NCBI GenBank assembly: GCA_035574275.1
Contig: DATLYY010000003.1
Location: forward strand, 20,482-84,481
Origin: Verrucomicrobiia bacterium
GTDB taxonomy: Bacteria > Zixibacteria > MSB-5A5 > DSPP01
Reading direction: 5' to 3'
DNA: 64,000 nt
A program made the translations under genes and the position numbers. The notes beneath the pieces were generated by a model. The model had not been told where the DNA came from. It made no database searches and saw nothing but the letters and a program-made list of their open reading frames with translations. The first letter of the stretch is position 1; each line of letters opens with the position of its first letter. Below, piece after piece: positions 56,152 to 64,000 of this stretch.

Positions 56152-57235
56152 TCTTCACCAGCTTTTGCAAAACCGACTCCATTTTGCCGGTCAGCTTTTC
56201 CAAATCAAAATCCGCCTCCACCTTGCCCCGCGCCCCCTTCCCCATCTCTGGGTAACGGTTTGCCTGCGCGAGCGCCCGCTTGAAGGCGGAGGCAAAACTT
56301 TCAAAATCACCCGGCTCAAAAAGCCAGCCGCATTGCTCGTCCACAAGTTCCGGCAGAATCCCCACGCGCGAAGCCAGAACCGGTTTTCCGGTCGCCATAA
56401 ATTCGAGCGCCACCCGCGCCGCGGCCTCCGAACCGGTGGAAGCCACCACCCCGAAATCGCAAGCCGCGATCAAACCTCGAATATCCGGCGCATCGGAAAG
56501 AATCTCAATCTCCTCCCCCAGCCCCGATTCCTCCTTCCACTTCTGCAAGTCGGATGCTTTCAGCTCCGCTTCGAACCCCGCCACGGTCAGCCGGAACGGG
56601 GTTTTGATTTCCGGTTTCAGCTTTCCCAATGCTTGAAACAAAAACCGATGCCCCTTCACCGGCGAAAACCGCCCCAACTGCAAAATCCGCAGGGCCCGTC
56701 CGGCTGTCGAAGCGGCCGGCGAAACAGGATAATCCGCCGTTTTTATCCCGAATGGGATCTGCACCACCCTTGCTTCCGGCACGCTCAGCTCCTCGACGTA
56801 CTGTTTCCGCTGCACGCCGTTCCCCACGATGAAGAGCGCCGTCCGTTTGACCAGCCAGCGCGCCGCAAAATGCCGGTTGGGAATCAAAGGTGAATGCGAG
56901 CGCACCCGCACCAATGGAATGTTTGCCTTGCGCAACGCCCATCCCCACGCCGTGTGGTCCGGCCCCCAATGTGCCAGCACAACTTCCGGTTGGAATTTTT
57001 CAAGCACTCCCTTTAACCTGGACAAGTTCCGCAGAAACGCAAGTTTTCTTTCCGATAAGTCAATCCCCTCCACCGCTTGCAATCCCAACTCCTGCGCTCG
57101 CCGATGCGTCCGGCTTTCCGGGACGGTCAAAAAGGAAACCGCGTGTCCCCGGTCCTGCAAAGCCCGGCTGTATCCCAGCGCGTATTCGCTGCCGGCGCTC
57201 CGCCCCTCAAGCGCGACCGACTGTAGAATCCGCAT
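56144..57235 (-). CDS. GT4-family glycosyltransferase
   Basis: GT1/GT4 C-terminal domain motifs. Confidence 0.8.
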   Translation of the reverse strand: MRILQSVALEGRSAGSEYALGYSRALQDRGHAVSFLTVPESRTHRRAQELGLQAVEGIDLSERKLAFLRNLSRLKGVLEKFQPEVVLAHWGPDHTAWGWALRKANIPLVRVRSHSPLIPNRHFAARWLVKRTALFIVGNGVQRKQYVEELSVPEARVVQIPFGIKTADYPVSPAASTAGRALRILQLGRFSPVKGHRFLFQALGKLKPEIKTPFRLTVAGFEAELKASDLQKWKEESGLGEEIEILSDAPDIRGLIAACDFGVVASTGSEAAARVALEFMATGKPVLASRVGILPELVDEQCGWLFEPGDFESFASAFKRALAQANRYPEMGKGARGKVEADFDLEKLTGKMESVLQKLVKNA

Positions 57236-58355
57236 TCACGATTTCCAAAAACCCTGTAATCATGCGCTCTTGCGAAAATCGCTCTTTCACCGTCCGCCTC
57301 GCCGCGCCCCCCAGCCGTTCCCTTCTATTAACGTCTTGAGCCAGCGCGACGATGGCCGATTCCCAAGCTTCTGGATTATCGGACGGAAGCAGAATCCCGT
57401 CCTCCCCGTCCGTCAAAATCTCCAAGGGCCCGCCGGAGGCGGAGGCCAGTACCGGCTTGCCCAGGGCCATCCCCTCCAGAACCACGTAGCCGAACGGCTC
57501 CTTTTCCGAGGGGAGACAAACAACATCCACCCCGGCCATAAAAGAAGTCACGTCCGTTTGGAAACCGGTGAAGGTGACGTGGTCCGCCAAGCCCCGCTCG
57601 CGGGCCTCCTTTTCGAAAAGTTCGCTTTTATCCCCCTTGCCGACCACCCAAAGATGGAAACCCGAGCCGGACTTCCGGGCTTGCTCAAGCGCGCAGAAAA
57701 GCAGCAAATGCCCTTTCCCTTCCACCAATCGGGAAAAAATCCCCAAAAAAAGCTTGTCGGGAGGAATTTTGTACCGTTCCGCCAGCGTTCGGCGCGCCGA
57801 AGCAGTATCGGCTTCAGGAATTTCAACCCCCGCGGGCAGGACCGAAATCCGGTCCGCAACCTGCGGCACGCGCGAAAGAACCTCCGTTTTGATGAATTCC
57901 GAAACCGCCACGAGCCGGATTTTCCCGTTTTTCAAAAGCCAGCGGTACTCCCGGTTGTTCTCCGGATAGCAAACGCCGAGATACCAGAAAAGTTTCGAGT
58001 CCGTCCGTAAAAGGGTCATGAGCCGGAGCAGCTTCAAATCCCGCGGTGCCATTGCCAAAAAAACGTCCCGTCCGGTGCGGGGAAACAATTTCAAAAGCGG
58101 CAGGGGGTCGTAGTCAAAGTTTGCATGGAACGGAACGCTGGCCATCCCCGCCGCTTCCGCCCGCCGTAAAAGCTCCTTCCCCGGCCGCCCGTACACCCGC
58201 ACGTCATAACCTCTTTCCCGCAGGCCAGAGGCCAAATCAAAGGTGAAACGCTCCCCGCCCCCCCAAAATTTGATGGTGTTGATGAGGTGAAACCGCCGCG
58301 GCGCACTTTCGGCCGCCTCCCGCTTCTCCTCCGGTTCAACCATCACCGGCTCCAT
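57207..58355 (-). CDS. GT4-family glycosyltransferase
   Basis: GGGERFT-type N-domain and EPFGYVVLEGMALGKPVLAS. Confidence 0.8.
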   Translation of the reverse strand: MEPVMVEPEEKREAAESAPRRFHLINTIKFWGGGERFTFDLASGLRERGYDVRVYGRPGKELLRRAEAAGMASVPFHANFDYDPLPLLKLFPRTGRDVFLAMAPRDLKLLRLMTLLRTDSKLFWYLGVCYPENNREYRWLLKNGKIRLVAVSEFIKTEVLSRVPQVADRISVLPAGVEIPEADTASARRTLAERYKIPPDKLFLGIFSRLVEGKGHLLLFCALEQARKSGSGFHLWVVGKGDKSELFEKEARERGLADHVTFTGFQTDVTSFMAGVDVVCLPSEKEPFGYVVLEGMALGKPVLASASGGPLEILTDGEDGILLPSDNPEAWESAIVALAQDVNRRERLGGAARRTVKERFSQERMITGFLEIVNADSTVGRA

Positions 58356-60217
58356 TACACCCCCACTTCTTTGAGCGCACTGAAGTACTGGGCCTCAAAA
58401 AGCCGCCGGTATACCCCGTTTTGCGCCAATAATTCTTCATGCCGTCCCATCTCCACTACCCGCCCCCCCTCCATCACCAAAATCAAATCCGCCTGCTGCA
58501 CGGTGGAAAGCCGGTGGGCGATGACGAAAGTCGTCCGTCCCGGCAGGATTTGAGCGAGCGCCTCCTGCACGAGCCGTTCCGATTCGGAATCCAGCGAGCT
58601 GGTCGCCTCGTCCAAGATCAAAACCGGTGGATTGCGCAAAATAACCCGCGCCAAAGCCATCCGCTGCCGCTCCCCGCCGGAAAGCCGCATTCCCCGGTCG
58701 CCGACCAACGTGTCGTACCCCTCCGGCATTTTCTCAATGAAGTCCGCCGCGTTCGCCAGCCGGGCCGCTTCCTGGATGGCGCCAAGCGGAACGTTTTCCA
58801 GCCCGTAGGCGATGTTGTAGCGCGCACTTTCGTTGAACAAAATCACCTCCTGCGGGACGATGCCGAAAAGGGCGCGCAAGTCGGCCAGCCGGATTTTTTT
58901 CAAATCAACGCCGTCGAGCATTATTCGTCCGCCTTCCGGGTCGTGAAAACGGGCCAGCAAATCAAGAAAGGTGGATTTTCCTGCGCCGGAGGGACCGACC
59001 AGCGCAACCAGCTTCTTGGCCGGGATTTTAAGCGAGATATCGTGCAGCACTTCCTTTTCCGGTACGTAGGAAAAGCGCACCCGCTCGAACTCAATTCCTT
59101 GCTCGACGGTCTTTTTGCCGACCGGATGAGGATCCTCCTTTATCAAGGGAGTGGTGTCCAGAATTTCAAAAACCCGCCCCAGGGCCGCCTCCCCCTCTTT
59201 CAGCTTCCCCTGCACGATTCCCAGACTTTTCACCGGCGCAATCAGGGAAAAAAGGGAAAATAAATAGAGGGCAAAATCCTCCGGCGCCAGTCCCCGGCCG
59301 GACAAAACGTCGCTCCCCCCAACCCAGAGGACCAAAACGATGACACCGATCCCCAGCATTTCGCTGGCCGGATGGGCCAAAAAGCGCACCCGCGCCAGCT
59401 TGAGCATCGCCCGGAAATACCGCTCGGAAATGCTCAAAAACCGGTTGGTCTCGAAACGCTCCGTGCCGAATGCTTTCACCACCCGCGCCCCGCCCACGGT
59501 TTCCTGCAAGGCCGAGCTCATCTCCCCCATCCGCTCCTGCGTCCGCTCTGCGTAGCGCTTGAGGTATTCCCCCAGCTTTTTTACCAGAAGTGCCGAAAGC
59601 GGAATCAAAACCATCCCCAAGAGCGTAAGCTTGACGGAAATGGTGAAAAGAAAAACGAGAAAGAAAACGACCAAAAGCGGTTCCTTGACGAGCCGCGAAA
59701 AGCAGACGTCCAACGTGTCGGACAAAAGCGCCACGTCGTTGGTCACCCGCGAAATCAAATGCCCCGTTTTGGAGCGGAAGAAAAAGGATAGTGATAACGC
59801 CTGGTAATGGGCGAAAAGCTCGTTGCGCAGATTCCGTACCACCCCCTGCTGTACGCGGGCGAGCAGATACCCCTGCAGGTAATAAAAAAGATTTTTAAAA
59901 AAGGCGAAAACAACGACCAATAGGCAGATGATTCCCAAAGCGCGCGTCTTGCTCCCGGCCAGGAGTTGGTGTTCCAACGTGTATTTCAACTGCTCGTTCC
60001 AGTTTTTAAGCTGCCCCATGGTCCCGGCTACTTCGGGAACGGATGGTTCCAGCGAGGGGAGAGTACCGCCGGAAACGAAAAGCGTCTTTACCAAGGGCCC
60101 CAAAAGCCAGACCAGCCCGGCCGAAAAGAAGGCGAAGAGAACGGTGAAAAACATTGAAAGGAAAAGCGGCTTGAAAAACGGCCGCAGGTGAGGCCAAAGC
60201 CGCAAGTAGAGTTTCAT
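58355..60217 (-). CDS. msbA: lipid A/LPS-core exporter ABC transporter (MsbA-like; six TM plus NBD)
   Basis: Six-helix TMD, Walker A GPSGAGKST, LSGGERQR signature, and Walker B ILDEATS. Embedded in an LPS-core GT cluster. Confidence 0.8.
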   Translation of the reverse strand: MKLYLRLWPHLRPFFKPLFLSMFFTVLFAFFSAGLVWLLGPLVKTLFVSGGTLPSLEPSVPEVAGTMGQLKNWNEQLKYTLEHQLLAGSKTRALGIICLLVVVFAFFKNLFYYLQGYLLARVQQGVVRNLRNELFAHYQALSLSFFFRSKTGHLISRVTNDVALLSDTLDVCFSRLVKEPLLVVFFLVFLFTISVKLTLLGMVLIPLSALLVKKLGEYLKRYAERTQERMGEMSSALQETVGGARVVKAFGTERFETNRFLSISERYFRAMLKLARVRFLAHPASEMLGIGVIVLVLWVGGSDVLSGRGLAPEDFALYLFSLFSLIAPVKSLGIVQGKLKEGEAALGRVFEILDTTPLIKEDPHPVGKKTVEQGIEFERVRFSYVPEKEVLHDISLKIPAKKLVALVGPSGAGKSTFLDLLARFHDPEGGRIMLDGVDLKKIRLADLRALFGIVPQEVILFNESARYNIAYGLENVPLGAIQEAARLANAADFIEKMPEGYDTLVGDRGMRLSGGERQRMALARVILRNPPVLILDEATSSLDSESERLVQEALAQILPGRTTFVIAHRLSTVQQADLILVMEGGRVVEMGRHEELLAQNGVYRRLFEAQYFSALKEVGV

Positions 60218-61287
60218 TTCCCCCGCGCGCCAACGGCCGCCCGCCGGGCCGGCTTTTCTTCCAGCATCTCCATCGCCGCTTCCGCCACCCGCTCCGGGCT
60301 TAAGGCCGCTTTGGTCTCAACAAGAATGCTTTTTCGCTCCCCCATCGGGAGAAACCGCACCGGGTCGGAGCTAAAGTAAACCCCCAGAACCGCTACGTTT
60401 AATGCCGAAGCGAGATGCAAAGGCCCGGAGTCAACGGATGCGAACAAATTCAATCCGGAAAGCAAGGCGGAAAACTCCCGTATCGGCCTGGGAGTCACCG
60501 GTGTAATCCCCGGAACGCCGGTACTGCTCATCTCCTTTCCATCCGGCCCGTAAAACAAATAAATCGAACAGCCCCAACCGGTCAATTTTTCCGCGACATC
60601 CAACCACTTTTCGGCTTCCCACTTTTTCCCCCCCCGTCCGCCAAGAAAAACACCGACTTTAGGAGAAGTGCTCTGGCCGTAAAACTCCTCGGCCTTTTTT
60701 CTTTCTTCGGCGGTCAGATTCAACACCCTCCCGAATTCCGCCTTACCCGGAGAAACCTTTTCCAAAAGTTTTAAGAATTGCTCCCACAAGGCGGAATCCC
60801 TCTCCGGCTCGAAAAGCAGATTATCAAACGACTCTGCATATCTGCTCCGGTAGGCAATGCGCACCGGTGTGCGCGCAAGCCCGCATAGAAAACTGTTGGT
60901 GAATGAGGGGGACTGCGGGCTGGATAGGTCAAAACACCAATCGAACTTTTTGGCCGAAAGCCGGCTCATCAAATCCAAAACATAGAGCGGATTTCGTGCT
61001 TTCCTCTTGTTGAAAGACAACACTTCATATCCGCTTTCGTTTTTCAAAAGCTCCGCAAACTGCGCCGAAACCAAAAAGCTAATCTCCGCTTGCGGAAATT
61101 TCCGCCCTAAAGCCGAAACGAACGGCAGTGAGAAAACCAGATTTCCCAGTCGCGCATCCGCCCGCACAACCAAAATCCGTTTCGGGTTTTTCAGCCGTTC
61201 CGGAATGGAAGCGAGTTTTTCGCTTCCGAAAAACAACCGGAAAAACCCCAGCCCCAAATTCTTCAGTGCCCGTTCAACGCTCTTCAT
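60214..61287 (-). CDS. GT9-family glycosyltransferase (heptosyltransferase-like)
   Basis: ILVVRADARLGNLVFSLPF N-terminus. Confidence 0.8.
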   Translation of the reverse strand: MKSVERALKNLGLGFFRLFFGSEKLASIPERLKNPKRILVVRADARLGNLVFSLPFVSALGRKFPQAEISFLVSAQFAELLKNESGYEVLSFNKRKARNPLYVLDLMSRLSAKKFDWCFDLSSPQSPSFTNSFLCGLARTPVRIAYRSRYAESFDNLLFEPERDSALWEQFLKLLEKVSPGKAEFGRVLNLTAEERKKAEEFYGQSTSPKVGVFLGGRGGKKWEAEKWLDVAEKLTGWGCSIYLFYGPDGKEMSSTGVPGITPVTPRPIREFSALLSGLNLFASVDSGPLHLASALNVAVLGVYFSSDPVRFLPMGERKSILVETKAALSPERVAEAAMEMLEEKPARRAAVGARGK

Positions 61288-62053
61288 TTATCTCTATTTT
61301 CTCCAGTTGGATGGCGTCGCCGGGGATTTTGAAATTTTTCTTGGAAGCCGGGATTTCGGCGTTGACGACCATGCGCTCCACCTCAAACTTGGCTTTGGCC
61401 TCCTGCATAAAGTACTCCCACTCCAGCCGCCGCACCAAGGGTATCTCCGGGGGTTTGTGGCTCATCTCCGCTTCCGCCCGGACCGAAAGCAGCCCGTGTT
61501 TCCAGTTCATGCCCGAAAGCCACCCGCGCCGGTTGAATATAAACTCCCTTTCCCAGCTTCCCAAGCGGTCGCCACAAACCCAATTCCCTTCCTTCCACTC
61601 CGGAACAAGCGAATCGGTTCTGGCCAAGAAAGCCCGCCGCGACAGGATTCCGAAAATCAGACTGTCCACGTCCAAAGTTTGGCTTTTTATACCCAGAAGA
61701 AAATCTTCCCAGCTCCCTTTGTAGTAGCTCTTCTCGCGGGGAAAATAAACCAAAAAACTCTCCCCCAAAACCCATCGCCCGCGAAGCGAGCCCTTGCCAA
61801 AAAGCCCCGGACTGAAGAGAATCACGGTATCCCCGGCCAGCCAGTACACTTCCAAACTGCCGGAGCCCTTCCCCTTCGGCCCACGGGCGGCAAAGCGCAC
61901 CAAATAGGCGGCGTTTTTGGCCGACTGAATCTCCTTTTTCCATTTTTTGTTGGAAGAAAAAACTTTTTTCTCGAGCGAAGCGCGGTCCAGCCCCGCCGCG
62001 CAGGAGCAAACAAGAAGCCCCGCCGCCGGCAAAAGCTTAAAAAAAGATGGCAC
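61274..62053 (-). CDS. DUF4292-like lipoprotein
   Basis: Lipobox LVCSC. The family assignment is tentative. Confidence 0.5.
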   Translation of the reverse strand: MPSFFKLLPAAGLLVCSCAAGLDRASLEKKVFSSNKKWKKEIQSAKNAAYLVRFAARGPKGKGSGSLEVYWLAGDTVILFSPGLFGKGSLRGRWVLGESFLVYFPREKSYYKGSWEDFLLGIKSQTLDVDSLIFGILSRRAFLARTDSLVPEWKEGNWVCGDRLGSWEREFIFNRRGWLSGMNWKHGLLSVRAEAEMSHKPPEIPLVRRLEWEYFMQEAKAKFEVERMVVNAEIPASKKNFKIPGDAIQLEKIEINEER

Positions 62054-62678
62054 CTAAAAACCGGACGGTGAATTCCACCAGCGGGCCGACCAGAAAACTG
62101 ATGATTTTAAACGGCGTGAAGGCGTTCAGAAGTATCAGCCCCAAAAGCAGAATCGGCCCCATCCGCTCCAGATTGTGGTAGATGTAATCCTTGGACGGGG
62201 GGAGAAAACCGTACAGGATTTTGGAGCCGTCCAAAGGGGGCACCGGAATCAAATTGAAAAACGCCAGCGACAGATTGATGTAAATGAAATAGGTCAAAAG
62301 CTGAAAAATTCCCTCCTGAAAATTTCCTGGCGCCGCGGCCCCCGCCACGCGCAAGGCGGCGAACGAGCAGATGGCGATGATGACGTTAATCGTCGGTCCG
62401 GCGACGGCGATGAGAGGAATATCCCGCTTTAAATGCCGCAAATTGCGCGGGTCGAACGGCACCGGCTTGGCCCAGCCGAAGCGGAAGCCGGACATCACCA
62501 GAACCAAAAGCCCGTAGATGTCCAAGTGGACGAGCGGGTTGAAGGAGAGCCGCCCCAGATATTTCGCGGTGGGATCCCCCAGCCGGTTGGCCATCCAGGC
62601 GTGGGCGTATTCGTGAAAGGTTAAAGCGAAGATTAGGGCTGGAGCAAGAAGAATGTAATCACGGACTCCCAGCTCCAT
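62037..62678 (-). CDS. site-2 protease family (M50) membrane metalloprotease
   Basis: HEYAHAW (HExxH) and NLIPVPPLDG motifs in a 4-6 TM protein. Confidence 0.8.
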   Translation of the reverse strand: MELGVRDYILLAPALIFALTFHEYAHAWMANRLGDPTAKYLGRLSFNPLVHLDIYGLLVLVMSGFRFGWAKPVPFDPRNLRHLKRDIPLIAVAGPTINVIIAICSFAALRVAGAAAPGNFQEGIFQLLTYFIYINLSLAFFNLIPVPPLDGSKILYGFLPPSKDYIYHNLERMGPILLLGLILLNAFTPFKIISFLVGPLVEFTVRFLGAIFF

Positions 62679-62686
62679 GGGAGGCC

Positions 62687-63913
62687 TTAGGCGTAGATGC
62701 CGCGCATCACCATCGCATCCCAGACCCGTTTGATGGAAAGCATGAAGGCGGCGATGCGCATGTTCACTTTATGCTCCAGCGACAATTTCAAAACCTCGGC
62801 GAACGAGCGCCGCATGATCAAATCCAGCCGGGCGTTCACCTCGTTCTCCTCCCAAAAATACCCCATCCGGTCCTGCACCCATTCAAAGTAGGAGACGGTG
62901 ACCCCCCCCGCGTTGCAGAGGATGTCCGGGATGATGAAAACCCCCCGCTTGTCCAGAATGATGTCCGCCGCCGGCGTGGTCGGCCCGTTGGCCCCCTCCG
63001 CCAGTATCTTGCAGCGGATTTCGTGGGCGTTCTCCTCGGTGATTTGATTCTCCAAGGCCGCCGGAATCAAAACGTCACACTCCAGTTTGAGCAGTTCCTC
63101 GTTGGTGATGGGGCGGCTCCCGGGAAAGCGCGCCACCGTCTTGTTGGGGGATTTTCTTACGTAGTCCAAAAGCTTCGGCATGTCCAGTCCCGCCGGATTA
63201 TACACCCCGCCGTGCACGTCGGTCACGGCGATGATTTTCGAGCCCTCCTTCGCCAGCAAATCGGCGGCCACCGAGCCGACGTTGCCGAACCCCTGCACCA
63301 CCACCTTGGCCCCGCGCGAAGAAAGCTTCAAATGCTTGGCCGCTTCCTGAACGCAGAACAGAACCCCGCGACCCGTGGCTTCCCGCCGTCCCCGCGAACC
63401 CCCCAGCTCAATCGGCTTGCCGGTGACCACGGAGGTGACGGTGTGGCGCATATGCATGCTGTAGGTGTCCATAATCCAGGCCATCGTCTGCGAGTCGGTG
63501 TTCACGTCCGGCGCCGGAACGTCCTTCTCCGGTCCGATTTCATCCATCAAATCCGCCGTGTAGCGCCGCGTCAGCCGCTCCAGCTCCCCGCGCGACATCT
63601 TTTCCGGGTCGCACGCCACCCCCCCCTTGGCCCCGCCGAAGGGAATGCCGACCACCGCGCATTTCCAGGTCATCCAGGCCGCCAGGGCCTGCACTTCGTC
63701 CAGGGTGACGTCCGGGTGGAACCGGATCCCCCCCTTGGCCGGGCCCCGCATAATCGAATGCTGAACCCGGTAGCCGGTGAACATCTTGAACGTCCCGTTG
63801 TCCATCTGCACGGGGAGTTGCACGATGACGGAACGCCGCGGCAGTTTGATTAAATCGACGTAGCGCGGGTCGATGGAAAGCCTTCGTGCCGCCTCGTCGA
63901 ACTGCGTCATCAT
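62687..63913 (-). CDS. gdh: NAD(P)-specific glutamate dehydrogenase
   Basis: [11 protein letters not shown] and GGAKGG motifs and an ELFV dehydrogenase C-domain. Confidence 0.9.
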   Translation of the reverse strand: MMTQFDEAARRLSIDPRYVDLIKLPRRSVIVQLPVQMDNGTFKMFTGYRVQHSIMRGPAKGGIRFHPDVTLDEVQALAAWMTWKCAVVGIPFGGAKGGVACDPEKMSRGELERLTRRYTADLMDEIGPEKDVPAPDVNTDSQTMAWIMDTYSMHMRHTVTSVVTGKPIELGGSRGRREATGRGVLFCVQEAAKHLKLSSRGAKVVVQGFGNVGSVAADLLAKEGSKIIAVTDVHGGVYNPAGLDMPKLLDYVRKSPNKTVARFPGSRPITNEELLKLECDVLIPAALENQITEENAHEIRCKILAEGANGPTTPAADIILDKRGVFIIPDILCNAGGVTVSYFEWVQDRMGYFWEENEVNARLDLIMRRSFAEVLKLSLEHKVNMRIAAFMLSIKRVWDAMVMRGIYA

Positions 63914-64000
63914 GTTCTTGAAGGAACTGATGTGCAGATCGTCGCTTTTCAGCCGCTTGTGGTTGTTCGCCGGCTTTGCGTTGCCGGAGGAAGCCGCCGT

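Overview
This 64-kb window is a high-GC (roughly 60%) bacterial chromosomal segment from a diderm organism; it carries lapA/lapB, msbA and GT9 heptosyltransferases. Three secreted proteins have the Por/T9SS-type C-terminal sorting domain, and two large DUF2723 membrane proteins are present, which together suggests an FCB-superphylum or candidate-phylum lineage (inference). Almost the whole window is coding, and I found no rRNA, tRNA or CRISPR. Gene order, left to right: a partial secreted protein, an HNH endonuclease and a membrane protein on the minus strand; a lapA-lapB-SPOR/TPR-mutS-mutL block on the plus strand; a secreted M6 metalloprotease with a T9SS C-terminal domain; a sensor kinase; and a convergent M14 carboxypeptidase with a dockerin-like tail. 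A small exosortase-like membrane protein pair follows. Next is a roughly 15-kb co-directional minus-strand supercluster (16.3-31.2 kb): prepilin peptidase, flippase-like protein, two SAM methyltransferases, a GT4, a Dpm1-like polyprenyl-phosphate GT2, a DUF2723 (TMEM260/PMT-like) membrane protein, three type IV pilin paralogs each preceded by a sigma-54 -24/-12 motif, a REP-RAYT unit inserted between pilins, a second DUF2723 paralog, an NtrC/PilR-like sigma-54 activator, and a GAF/HisKA protein with no ATPase domain. I read this supercluster as a candidate pilin O-glycosylation/biogenesis system and consider it the most novel content. Downstream is an island of small stress/detox genes (SDR, NIPSNAP, VOC x2, DinB-like x3, amidohydrolase, cupin, hemerythrin, OsmC, PQQ sugar dehydrogenase, DUF899/AHSA1/ArsR, arsR-arsM, tag, GNAT), then four tandem cold-shock genes behind a long leader, two tandem OMP beta-barrel paralogs, pgeF, rel, an LPS-core cluster (GT9, GT2, GT4, GT4, msbA, GT9), an M50 protease and gdh. 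Recurrent non-coding signals are: a conserved TTGACA(AGTTTT)-N17-TATAAA-N7-ATG promoter architecture implying leaderless mRNAs; a 42-nt hairpin element inserted exactly at stop codons (3 copies); REP doublets (one in-frame inside the RAYT gene); and palindromic in-frame insertions in the mutL linker.
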